A stretch of DNA of 60,655 nucleotides from an uncultured Thermotogae bacterium (GCA_964530075.1 CAZGXU010000006.1:1-60655), one strand, 5' to 3'. Counted from the stretch's first letter, positions 29,620-38,796 are shown. Program-made: numbers and translations. Notes: a model not told the origin generated them from the letters alone.

Positions 29620-30984
29620 ATGACCGAGCGTGAAATCTCCCCCCTCGACGGGCGCTACCGGGAGCGCCTCGCGGAGCTGCCGGCGTACTTCTCCGAGTTC
29701 GCGCTGATGGAGGCCCGGTGCGAGGTCGAACTCGCCTATCTGGAGGCGCTCGATCGGACCGGCCTGTTCCCGACGCTCTCAGCCGAAGAGCGGAAACGGA
29801 TCGACGGGGCGAAGGCCTCGTTCTCCGACGGCGACTTCGAGCGGATCGTCGAGATCGATCGCGAGATCGACCACGACGTCAAGGCGTGCGAGCGGTTTCT
29901 CCGCGAGAGGCTCCGGCTCTCTCAGTCGAACATGATCCACTTCGGCCTCACCTCGGCCGATATCAACAACCTGGCTTACGTGCTCCTGTTGACGCGCTTC
30001 CGCGACGAGCAGCAGCTCCCGCTGGTACGGAGGCTGATCGAGCGCCTCGCCGATCTGGCGGAGGCGTGGAAGTCCGTCGTCTTCCCCGCCCGGACCCACG
30101 GACAGGCGGCTTCCCCGACGACGCTCGGCAAAGAGCTGGCCGTCTTCCTCTCGCGCCTGCTCCGGCAGGCGCGGCAGCTCGAGGCGCATCGTTTCCGCGG
30201 CAAACTGACCGGAGCGACGGGCAACCACTCGGCGTTGGCGGCGGCGTTCCCGGACCACGACTGGATCGCCTTCTCCGCCGAGTTCGTCGGGTCCTTCGGC
30301 CTCGAGCCGAACCGGTGCACGACCCAGATCGAGGACCACGACACGCTCGCCGAGTACTTCGCCATCGTCTCCCGGATCAACAACGTCGTCTCCGACCTCG
30401 ACCGGGACCTGTGGGAGTACATCTCGCGCGGCGATCTCGTTCAGAAGGCCGTTGCCGCCGAGGTCGGTTCGTCGACGATGCCGCACAAGGTGAACCCGAT
30501 CCGATTCGAGAACAGCGAAGGGAACGTGACGATCTCCAACGCGCTGCTGCACGCGTTCTCCGACAAGCTGACCCGATCGCGGATGCAGCGCGACCTGTCC
30601 GACACGACGGTGAAGCGGAACATCGGCGTGGCGCTGGCGCACAGCCACCTGGCGATCGGGCAGACGCTTCGGGGCCTCGAACGGATCGGCGTGGACGAAG
30701 AGGGGCTCCGACGGAGGGTCGATTCGACCCCCGAGGTCCTCGCCGAGGCGTACCAGACGGTCCTTCGTGCCGCGGGGATCGACGATCCCTACGAGCTCCT
30801 CCGCGGGCTCACGCGCGGAGAGCCCCTCACGCTCGATCGGCTCCATCGGTTCGTCGATGGGCTTCCGGTCTCGGATGACATCAAGGATCGACTGCGCGGC
30901 CTCCGGCCGGCCGGCTACACCGGCCTGGCGTCGCGCGTCTGCGACGCGGTCCTCGAGAGCGCTCGGCGCTGGCTCGAGAGCTAG
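29620..30984 (+). CDS. purB: adenylosuccinate lyase
   Basis: ISPLDGRY, HDVKA, HFGLTS, ARTHGQ, GSSTMPHKVNPIRFENSEGN, SRMQRDLSD. Confidence 0.96.
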   Translation: MTEREISPLDGRYRERLAELPAYFSEFALMEARCEVELAYLEALDRTGLFPTLSAEERKRIDGAKASFSDGDFERIVEIDREIDHDVKACERFLRERLRLSQSNMIHFGLTSADINNLAYVLLLTRFRDEQQLPLVRRLIERLADLAEAWKSVVFPARTHGQAASPTTLGKELAVFLSRLLRQARQLEAHRFRGKLTGATGNHSALAAAFPDHDWIAFSAEFVGSFGLEPNRCTTQIEDHDTLAEYFAIVSRINNVVSDLDRDLWEYISRGDLVQKAVAAEVGSSTMPHKVNPIRFENSEGNVTISNALLHAFSDKLTRSRMQRDLSDTTVKRNIGVALAHSHLAIGQTLRGLERIGVDEEGLRRRVDSTPEVLAEAYQTVLRAAGIDDPYELLRGLTRGEPLTLDRLHRFVDGLPVSDDIKDRLRGLRPAGYTGLASRVCDAVLESARRWLES

Positions 30985-31079
30985 CCGATCTTCCGGCGCA
31001 CGATCCCCGGTCGCTTCCGGTTGCCGGCCCGCCCGTTTGGCGGTACTCTGGGCGCGGGAGGCTGCGCGCGAGGAGGCCC

Positions 31080-31721
31080 ATGTTCTGGAGGAAGCAGAAG
31101 GAGATCGAGACCCTCGTCCTCGAGCATCTCGGACACGTCGACGCCACGCTTCAGGCGTTCTCCCAGTCGTTGAACGCCTATCTCGGCGAGGGGGACGTCG
31201 AAACGGCCGACAAGTTCGCGCTGGAGACGCACCGCGCCGAGGGACGGGCGGACGACGCTCGTCGTCGGATCGAGGCGCAGCTCCTCTCGGGATCGCTCCT
31301 CCCCACCTCGAGGCGGGACATCCTGCAGGTCATCGAGCAGGTCGATCGACTGGCGAACGCCGCGGAGGAGATCCTCGACTATCTCCTCCTCCAGCGGGTC
31401 CGCGTACCGGACGAGATCATGCCGGAGATCACCGAGATCGGCGTCCAGTCGAACAACGTCTTCGCTGAGGTCAAGGAGGCAGTCACCAGCCTCTTTGAGA
31501 AGATCGATGAGGCGCTGGAGCACACGAAGAACATCGAGCACCTCGAGGGGGAAGTCGACCACCTGGAGCGGAGGGCGACCAAGCGGCTCTTCGCGCTCGA
31601 CATCGAACTCGCCCGGAAGCTCCAGATCTCCGGGTTCATCCAACGTCTGGTACGGCTCTCGGACCGCGCCGAGGACCTCTCGGACCTGATCGAGCTGATC
31701 GTCGCCGCGCGCCGAGTCTAG
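31080..31721 (+). CDS. DUF47/TIGR00153 PhoU-related protein
   Basis: Two repeats of E..AD..RR / EGEVD..ER, with DRLAN and SDRAED. Confidence 0.88.
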   Translation: MFWRKQKEIETLVLEHLGHVDATLQAFSQSLNAYLGEGDVETADKFALETHRAEGRADDARRRIEAQLLSGSLLPTSRRDILQVIEQVDRLANAAEEILDYLLLQRVRVPDEIMPEITEIGVQSNNVFAEVKEAVTSLFEKIDEALEHTKNIEHLEGEVDHLERRATKRLFALDIELARKLQISGFIQRLVRLSDRAEDLSDLIELIVAARRV

Positions 31722-31788
31722 GATCGAGAAGAACGGTGACCGACCGCTCGGACCGGCCACCGTTACCGCATGCTGGATCGCGCGAGGG

Positions 31789-31941
31789 CTACTCTTCCAG
31801 CTCCTCGAGCATCACAGGATTCTCGTCGATCACCTCAAGCAGAGCGTCGCAGTTGGGACAGTAGACGCGCCCGTAGAGGACCGCTTCGTCCTCTTCAAGG
31901 CGGAATCCTCTTCCGCACGCTGGACAGGTTGCTCGTGGCAT
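31789..31941 (-). CDS. 50-aa LysW-like zinc-ribbon protein (not in ORF track)
   Basis: Manual translation MPRATCPACGRGFRLEEDEAVLYGRVYCPNCDALLEVIDENPVMLEELEE; RBS GAGGAGG; two CxxC motifs spaced as in LysW. Confidence 0.82.
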   Translation of the reverse strand: MPRATCPACGRGFRLEEDEAVLYGRVYCPNCDALLEVIDENPVMLEELEE

Positions 31942-32000
31942 CGAACCCTCCTCTCTCTCAGCGCCCGTTCAGGTAGGCGCACCCGTCGCCGTCAGTCGCG

Positions 32001-32057
32001 TTACTTCTTCTTGGGGGTGGCTTTCTTCTTCGTTCCCTTCTTGGCCTTTGCCGGCAC
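32001..32057 (-). CDS. 18-aa lysine-rich peptide MPAKAKKGTKKKATPKKK (not in ORF track)
   Basis: GTG start 7 nt after GGGAGGAGGT, 9 Lys codons, TAA stop, own promoter upstream. Confidence 0.68.
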   Translation of the reverse strand: MPAKAKKGTKKKATPKKK

Positions 32058-32100
32058 GACGAGCACCTCCTCCCACCCCTTCGAGATGAAGGGACAGCGC

Positions 32101-32129
32101 AGCATAGCATCGAGGATCTCCTCCGTGAA
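32101..32129 (-). promoter_or_regulatory. promoter for the Lys-peptide/LysW-like unit
   Basis: Minus strand TTCACG-N17-TATGCT with an extended -10 TG. Confidence 0.55.
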
Positions 32130-32317
32130 TGGTCGAGAACGTCCCGTTGGTCCATCGGTCGGATCGAGGATTGTAACGGTCCTAAGATACGGAGAATGCC
32201 TCGCTTCAAATTGCGCCGAACGCCTACCTTGTTGGAGGATTAATTACACGATTCGAGATTCACCCAATCTACCGCTTCCAATTGGGGGCAGAAGTCCCAA
32301 AGGCGGAGCGATGGCCC

Positions 32318-33115
32318 TCACGTGCCGGCCAGCTCGCCGCGGAGCACGGTGACAGCGTGGCCGGAAAGGAGGACGCGATCGCCGGCGACGCGACAGTGGA
32401 TGGCCCCGCCCCGGGCCGACGCCTGGTACCCGACGAACTCGTCGCGCCCGAGCACCTCCGCCCAGTAGGGGGCCAGGGCGCAGTGGGCCGAGCCGGTGAC
32501 CGGGTCCTCGTCGATCCCGGCGCCGGGGGCGAAGAACCGCGACACGAAGTCGAACGCGTCCTCGTCGCTCCTCGCGGTGATCATGACGCCGCGCACGCCG
32601 AGGCGCTTCAGTCCGAGGAAGTTCGGGGCCGCGCCGCGAACGGCGCTCGCCTCGACCAGCTCGACGAGGTAGTCGAAGCGCGTCCGGCCGACGTAGGTCG
32701 CCGCGACGCCGAGGGCGTTGAGGAGTCCGCGGGGTGGCTCGATCGCTTCCGGGGGATTCGCCGGGAAGTCGAGCGTGATCCGGTCGTCTTCGCGGACGGC
32801 GGTCAGCAGGCCGGAAGCGGTATGGAAACGAGCCTGCGCACCAGTCGGCAACATGCCCGTCTCCCACAGGACGTGCGCCGCCGCGAGTGTCGCGTGCCCG
32901 CAGAGCTCGACCTCGACCGCCGGGGTGAACCAACGGAGGTCGAACGCCCCGTCGGCGCGCCGCCGGACGAACGCCGTCTCGGACAGGTTCATCTCCGCGG
33001 CGACGCGCTGCATCCACACCTCGTCGGCCGCCGCATCGAGGATGCAGACCCCGGCCGGGTTCCCCTTGAACGGCACGTTCGTGAACGAATCGACCTGGTA
33101 GATCGGGATGCCCAT
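32318..33115 (-). CDS. PhzF-family isomerase/epimerase
   Basis: YQVDSF, GNPAGV, EMNLSETAF, LRWFTP, LCGHATLA, EDPVTGSAHC. Confidence 0.93.
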   Translation of the reverse strand: MGIPIYQVDSFTNVPFKGNPAGVCILDAAADEVWMQRVAAEMNLSETAFVRRRADGAFDLRWFTPAVEVELCGHATLAAAHVLWETGMLPTGAQARFHTASGLLTAVREDDRITLDFPANPPEAIEPPRGLLNALGVAATYVGRTRFDYLVELVEASAVRGAAPNFLGLKRLGVRGVMITARSDEDAFDFVSRFFAPGAGIDEDPVTGSAHCALAPYWAEVLGRDEFVGYQASARGGAIHCRVAGDRVLLSGHAVTVLRGELAGT

Positions 33116-33221
33116 CTTCGCCCCTTTCGACGCTCGACCGCCGACCGTTCGACCCCCTGATTCTACCGTGTCGCCGCGGCGACGGGGAGCCGGAATCGTC
33201 CTCAGCGTCCCCCCGCACGAA

Positions 33222-33237
33222 CGTGACACGTGTCACA
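33222..33237. promoter_or_regulatory. CRP/FNR-like palindromic site
   Basis: CGTGA-cacgtg-TCACA, containing the perfect 14-bp palindrome GTGACACGTGTCAC, in a divergent intergenic region. Confidence 0.45.
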
Positions 33238-33410
33238 TTCGCCCCGCACGTCTGGGCGCTCCGTGTGTGATGAAGGACACACTCCCGCCAACCCCGGGTC
33301 CCCTCCCTCCGAACGTGCCGGGCATACCATCGATCGGAATGGCTCGGAGAGCCATTCCGCCCGGCTGACGTCGGGCTGCTAGCTGTCTGCGGCCTTCGGG
33401 CCGAAAGGGA

Positions 33411-34481
33411 GTGGTGCGATTGATCGATCGGCTCCGGGTGGTGAGAAGATGGGGAGGGTGTCTGTCGATTGTCGCTGCCGTCGCGCTTCTTCCGGTGATC
33501 GGACTCGCCGACGATCCTTGTACTAAGCTGCCGGATCTCTGGCTCCCGCCGGACGGAACGCCCGGCCTGCAAGGCGGCGGGATCTCCGTGCAGGAGGTGA
33601 CGGGGGACGTCTGCCAGGGGGGCGAGGTCACGATCACCGTGACGATCGACAACCTGAGCTGCGGTGACGCGGACGCGTTCGACGTCACCGTGACCTATAA
33701 CGGGACGACGGAGCTGATCGGCACGCAGCGCGTCGAAGGCGGTCTGCCCGGCTGCGAGTTCACGGTCCTGACGTTCGTCTGGGACACGACGGGCGCGGCG
33801 CCCGGCGAGTACGACATCGTCGCCTGCGCCGACACCGGACACGAGGTCAACGAGCTGAACGAGACCAACAACTGCCTGACGATCGAGACCGATCTCCGGA
33901 TCCTACCGAACGTGCCGCTGATCGAGGTGGAGAAGGCGGCCGTCGATACCGACGGCGGGGCCGTCTACCCGGGGGACACGATCCGCTACGAGGCGGTCCT
34001 CCGGAACGAGGGCTGCGCCGATCTGGAGGACGGACCGGACCACGAGTTCACCGACGCGCTGCCGGCCGGCGTTGCCCCGACGACGTACGTCACCTCGACG
34101 TCCGGGACGGCCGCGTTCGAGGGGGACGAGCTCGTCTGGGACGGGGGGATCCCGTCCGGCGGGACGGTGACGATCAAGTATCGAGTCACCGTCGACGCGG
34201 ACGTCGAAGTCGGGACCGAGATCTGCAATCAGGGAACCGCACGCTGGGACAGCGACGGGGACGACACCTACGACAGCAGCGAGCCGAGCGACGACCCGGC
34301 CACGTCGGCGGAGGACGATCCGACCTGCTTCACGGTCGAGGAGAAGCCCAAAGGCCCCGCCCCGATGTCCGGGACGATCGACGCCCCGACGCTGTCGGAA
34401 TGGGGAATGATCGTCCTGGCCAGCCTGTTCGCGATCGCGTTCGGCTGGCGGCTGGTCCGACGACGCGTCGCCGCCGCGTAG
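33411..34481 (+). CDS. IPTL-CTERM surface protein (CARDB-like + DUF11-like domains)
   Basis: Signal peptide; VNELNETNN (CARDB-like); PGDTIRY..FTDALP (DUF11-like); C-terminal APTLSEWG-TM-RRR. Start codon uncertain. Confidence 0.88.
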   Translation: MVRLIDRLRVVRRWGGCLSIVAAVALLPVIGLADDPCTKLPDLWLPPDGTPGLQGGGISVQEVTGDVCQGGEVTITVTIDNLSCGDADAFDVTVTYNGTTELIGTQRVEGGLPGCEFTVLTFVWDTTGAAPGEYDIVACADTGHEVNELNETNNCLTIETDLRILPNVPLIEVEKAAVDTDGGAVYPGDTIRYEAVLRNEGCADLEDGPDHEFTDALPAGVAPTTYVTSTSGTAAFEGDELVWDGGIPSGGTVTIKYRVTVDADVEVGTEICNQGTARWDSDGDDTYDSSEPSDDPATSAEDDPTCFTVEEKPKGPAPMSGTIDAPTLSEWGMIVLASLFAIAFGWRLVRRRVAAA

Positions 34482-34491
34482 GGGAGGTATC

Positions 34492-35016
34492 ATGGTCGAC
34501 ATCCGGGAACGACGTCCGAAGGGCCTTCTCCACCGCCGTGTCTGGTTGTCCGTCCTGGCCGCCCTGGGCACCGCGGCCCTGCTGATCTGGATCGCGGGAA
34601 ACGGGGCGGTGATGGACGCGGTTCAGGGCGGGCTCGCGCGGATCACGAGCGGGATCCTCAACGGGTTCGGACAGCGGACGATCGTGGTGGCGGGGAGCAC
34701 GGTCTCGTCGGACGCCTTCGCGATCACCGTCGTCGCCGCCTGCACCGGCCTGTTCACGACGGGCCTGTTCCTGATCGCGGTGATCGCCTACCCGACCGGG
34801 TGGCGGTCGAAGCTGATCGGCGCCGGCATCGGCCTCGGCGGCGTCTTCCTGCTGAACATCGTCCGCCTCGTCAGCCTGTACTACATCGGCGTGCACCTGC
34901 CCCGGTTCCTCGATCAGGCGCATCAGCTGATCTGGCAATCGGTGCTGATCGTCTTCGCGGTGGCGCTCTGGCTTCTGTGGGCGGGGAGGTGGGCGCATGC
35001 GCCGGAAACGGCCTAG
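34492..35016 (+). CDS. exosortase H-like/archaeosortase-family protein
   Basis: Triad motifs ACTG (Cys), NIVR (Arg), AHQ (His); multi-TM; adjacent to the IPTL-CTERM gene. Confidence 0.87.
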   Translation: MVDIRERRPKGLLHRRVWLSVLAALGTAALLIWIAGNGAVMDAVQGGLARITSGILNGFGQRTIVVAGSTVSSDAFAITVVAACTGLFTTGLFLIAVIAYPTGWRSKLIGAGIGLGGVFLLNIVRLVSLYYIGVHLPRFLDQAHQLIWQSVLIVFAVALWLLWAGRWAHAPETA

Positions 35017-35635
35017 TGCGACGCCGACCGCGAGGTCCGACCTGGCGAGACTGGTCCTCCGCTTCGTGCTGATCTTCCTCGTCGCGACGGCCGTCCTGGC
35101 CGGGCTCTGGCCGTTCATCGCGCCCGGGTACACGGCCGCGGTGACCGGTCTGGCACGACCGCTGTTTCGATCGGTCGAGGCTCCGAACGTGTCGGTCCTC
35201 GAGGCGCGGGGCGCCGAGATCTGGATCTACCGGGTCGTCGGACCGGGGGAGATCGCCCCGTTCACCTGGTTCGATCGATACACGTTCTTCGCTGTCATCC
35301 CGCTGTTGGCGCTGCTCGTGGCGACGCCCGGGCTCGGATGGCCGCGAAGGCTCGCACGGCTCGGATTCGGCGTCGGCGGGCTGTTCCTCGCCCACGTTGG
35401 CTATCTCGTCGCCTCGGTCGAGCTCTCCTACGCAGCGATCGGCCTGACGCCCGTCGGCCCGTTCCTGGCGCGAACGCTCGACCTCTGGCAGACCGGCGTG
35501 CGCGTCCTGTGGGAGGCCGCACCGGTGGCGATCTGGGTCCTGCTGACGCTCGGGGTGTGGCGGCGGGTCTTGGGGCGGAACCGAAGCGAGAGGGATCAGA
35601 ACCTCTCCGCTGGAGCGGTAGGGGCGTGCGGCTAG
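34997..35635 (+). CDS. exosortase H-associated membrane protein
   Basis: Multi-TM, PLLALLVATP motif, overlaps the exosortase gene. Confidence 0.65.
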   Translation: MRRKRPSATPTARSDLARLVLRFVLIFLVATAVLAGLWPFIAPGYTAAVTGLARPLFRSVEAPNVSVLEARGAEIWIYRVVGPGEIAPFTWFDRYTFFAVIPLLALLVATPGLGWPRRLARLGFGVGGLFLAHVGYLVASVELSYAAIGLTPVGPFLARTLDLWQTGVRVLWEAAPVAIWVLLTLGVWRRVLGRNRSERDQNLSAGAVGACG

Positions 35636-35670
35636 GGAATGACCATGGGCACAGGGGAAGGACGGGAATC

Positions 35671-38600
35671 GTGAAAGCCAGATGGACGGTCGTCGCAGGC
35701 CTGATCCTTTTGTCCGTGGCGGCTTCGTTCGCCGCGGCCTGGGCGTCGGACGCGCAGCTGTACTTCTCGACCGACAAGAGCGGGGAGAACCGCGTCACGA
35801 AGGTGAGGGAGGGGGACGAGATCTGGATCGTCGTCGTCGATCCGGACGAGGACATCGACTGCGACGTGCGGGACAAGTTCTGGACCGACATCAAGGTGAT
35901 GGACACCAAGACCGGCGCCCACATCGTGTGGGAGAGCTACATCGACGAGGACGGCGTCGACACCGATGGCGACGGGAATGGGGACCTTGTCTTCCGCGGG
36001 GACCCGGAGTACGTCCCGCACAGAGGACACTGGCCGGGGACGACGGCCGGCTGGCTCGGGGCGGACTACATGGAAGAAACGAACCACAGCACGGGCGTCT
36101 TCGTCAGCCAGCGGCCGTTCCAGATCGGGACGCGCGTCGACTACGGGGACGACGGCCGGCTCCACGCGCACATCGTCGGCCCGTACGACACCCAGGCGGA
36201 CGGCGCCGTCGATCCGACTGACTTCGAGTGGGGAGGCTACCTGTACGCCGACGGCGACGGAGACGAACATGGCGACGATCGGATCTGGGTCGATCAGAGC
36301 GGCGCGTTCATCCTCGCCCAGGATCCCGACGAGATCCCTACTGTCGATACCACCGACGGCGACGGAGATGCGTGGCTCCCGCCCGGGACGAAGACTCTGG
36401 GTGGCGGCGAGGACTACATGCTCGGCCGATTCGAGAACATGGACACGCTGGTCGGGCTGTACGTCGACCCGAACGACCCGAGCGATGTGGCACTCGGCCT
36501 CGGGAAGATCACCGACGAGAAATCGTCGGTCGAATGGGGGCGCGAGATCTACCACGACGCCAACGAAGCGGCCCTGGTGACGGTCATCGATCCGGACGAG
36601 AACCTCAACTGCGACGCGGTCGAGTCCGTGCCCGTCTTTATTCTGGTCAACCCGGGGTCGTGGAACCCGAGCGTCGACACGAGCCCGACCACGTTCTGTG
36701 CCCTCAAGCGGTACGGCGGGGTGATCGATCTCGCCGGGACCATGCCGGTCGTTGCGAGACCGATCGTCTGGTACAACATCTACGACAGCGGCGTCTCAAT
36801 CGATCTGGCTTTCGATGGAAGCGACCAGCCGAACGTCGATGGGACGTACTACGTCGACTACCCGACGCGGACCGAGTTCGAGACGCCGGGCGATCCAAAC
36901 GAGGGGGTCACCTGGTTCGATACGGCCAGCGAGTCCGGGGTCACCCGGGTGATGTTCTACGCGCAGGAGACCGGGCCGGACACCGGCGTCTTCCAGTTCT
37001 GGATCAACGACATTCTGCGCGATCTCGGGTTCGAATCGCTGAACGTGCGGGACGTGCTCGTCGCCTACTACGTCGACCCGAACGATCAGGACGACTTCAG
37101 CCTGGCGACGGCGTACATCGGCGAGAAGAATCACAGCCAGCTCCGGTTCACCGACTCGGGGCGGAACGACGAGTCGGTCTTCTGGATCGGGCGGGATCCC
37201 GTCTACATCGAGGTCACCGACGCCAACGCCAACACCGATCCGTGCTGTCCGGAGAAGGTCGTCGTCCACGTCTGCGACCCGCACGAGGTCGACGACGCCG
37301 AGTGGCTCGTCCTCGACGAGCTATCGAGCAACTCGCCGGTCTTCTTCACCAACCTTGGGATGCGGCTGGACTCGGTTTGGGACGCCTTGGGCATCGGCGA
37401 TCCGGGGCTCATCGGCGGCTACTCGCTCCGGCTGGACAACTGGGAGCTGGAAGCGTTCAACGAGGATTCGGTCTACGCTCGGTACAACGACGTGCTCTAC
37501 GTGGAGGGCGATCTCGCACAGATCGGAGACATCGATACGGGAACGGCCTTCCCGCCTGAGATCCAAGAGACGCGCGTCGCCAACGACGTGTCGTTCTCGC
37601 TGTTTCACGTCGGGGACACGCAGGTCTACGACGGCGAGGAGATGACGATGTACTTCCTCGATCGGCAGGGGGACCGGGTCGACGGCTACCTCAACTCCGA
37701 CTGCGTGTTTATCGAGGTGGTCGACCCCGATCAGGACGAGGACCAACAGCGGCGCGAGCGGATCGACGGGTACTGGGACGGCCACCAGAACGTGCCGTTC
37801 GGCCCGCAGCACCGGCCGTGGAACCGGCTCGAATGCGGATATCGAGACGACGACGTCCACATCGTCAACGAGCTTCTCGGCGACACGAACATCTTCGCTC
37901 CGTTCGTCGTTGGGGCCGCCGACGGCGATCCGGCCGATCCGGACAACAGCTGGGCGAAGCTGTACGTCCTCAACCCGCGTAGCGGACGGTGGGCGGTCGT
38001 CGACCTGTTGGAGACGGGGATCGACACCGGCGATTTCGTCAGCGTCACGTGCATCGATCTGGTCGACCAACACGAGTGCGTCCCGTCCCTCGGCGTCCTA
38101 CCGGGGGACACCTTGCTGGCGGTGTATCACGATCCGTCGAACCACTCGGACGTCGCGTGGATCTCGATCAAGGTCGAGATCGGCGGCGCCCTGCCGACCG
38201 GCTCGACGCTGTCGTTCGTCGACGCGGAGGGAAGCGCGGTGGCCGCCTACGTCGAGGGGGATCCGATCTACGTCCAAGTCGTCGATCCGTCCGTCGCTGA
38301 CGCGGGGACGCTCGCCGACGCGGTGACGATCGACGGGGTCACCTACGATCTGACGCCGTTCCCCGGGGCGGCGCCGGGAACGTTCATCGCCGGGCCGTTG
38401 GAGCTCGGGGTCGCTGCCGGAGAGACGGTGACGGCGACCTACGTCGATCCGAGCAACCCGGACGACACGAGCACCGCGACGGTGTCGATCGTGGCGACGG
38501 AGTTCCACGTCGAGCGGTTCTACGCCGCCCCGTCGCCGTTCGCAGACGAGGCCCGGTTCGGGTTCGTCGGAAGCGGCATGGCGGAGACGTTCGCGGTGAC

Positions 38601-38784
38601 AGTCTACGACCTGGTGGGACGCCCCGTCTGGCACGCGGAGGAGGAGAACGTCCTCTCGGTCGCCTGGGACGGACGCAACGAGGGCGGGGAGCAACTCGCC
38701 AACGGCGCCTACATCTACGTCGTCGTGGCGACCGGCTCGGAGAGCGCGTTCACCGACAAGGGGAAGGTGTTCATCCTGAGGTAG
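35671..38784 (+). CDS. large acidic secreted repeat protein with C-terminal FlgD-Ig/T9SS-CTD-like domain
   Basis: GTG start and signal peptide; five internal repeats; C-terminus PSPF..VYDLVGR..WDGRNEGGEQLANGAYIY. Confidence 0.85.
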   Translation: MKARWTVVAGLILLSVAASFAAAWASDAQLYFSTDKSGENRVTKVREGDEIWIVVVDPDEDIDCDVRDKFWTDIKVMDTKTGAHIVWESYIDEDGVDTDGDGNGDLVFRGDPEYVPHRGHWPGTTAGWLGADYMEETNHSTGVFVSQRPFQIGTRVDYGDDGRLHAHIVGPYDTQADGAVDPTDFEWGGYLYADGDGDEHGDDRIWVDQSGAFILAQDPDEIPTVDTTDGDGDAWLPPGTKTLGGGEDYMLGRFENMDTLVGLYVDPNDPSDVALGLGKITDEKSSVEWGREIYHDANEAALVTVIDPDENLNCDAVESVPVFILVNPGSWNPSVDTSPTTFCALKRYGGVIDLAGTMPVVARPIVWYNIYDSGVSIDLAFDGSDQPNVDGTYYVDYPTRTEFETPGDPNEGVTWFDTASESGVTRVMFYAQETGPDTGVFQFWINDILRDLGFESLNVRDVLVAYYVDPNDQDDFSLATAYIGEKNHSQLRFTDSGRNDESVFWIGRDPVYIEVTDANANTDPCCPEKVVVHVCDPHEVDDAEWLVLDELSSNSPVFFTNLGMRLDSVWDALGIGDPGLIGGYSLRLDNWELEAFNEDSVYARYNDVLYVEGDLAQIGDIDTGTAFPPEIQETRVANDVSFSLFHVGDTQVYDGEEMTMYFLDRQGDRVDGYLNSDCVFIEVVDPDQDEDQQRRERIDGYWDGHQNVPFGPQHRPWNRLECGYRDDDVHIVNELLGDTNIFAPFVVGAADGDPADPDNSWAKLYVLNPRSGRWAVVDLLETGIDTGDFVSVTCIDLVDQHECVPSLGVLPGDTLLAVYHDPSNHSDVAWISIKVEIGGALPTGSTLSFVDAEGSAVAAYVEGDPIYVQVVDPSVADAGTLADAVTIDGVTYDLTPFPGAAPGTFIAGPLELGVAAGETVTATYVDPSNPDDTSTATVSIVATEFHVERFYAAPSPFADEARFGFVGSGMAETFAVTVYDLVGRPVWHAEEENVLSVAWDGRNEGGEQLANGAYIYVVVATGSESAFTDKGKVFILR

Positions 38785-38796
38785 GAGCGAGGGCAT

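Noticed and set aside
250-30846. Many long antisense or alternate-frame ORFs (e.g. 22087..25776 +, 14711..17440 +, 7489..9798 +, 250..1851 +)
   Set aside because: These are shadow ORFs of high-GC coding sequence: Arg/Pro/Gly-rich, without motifs, and overlapping well-supported genes.
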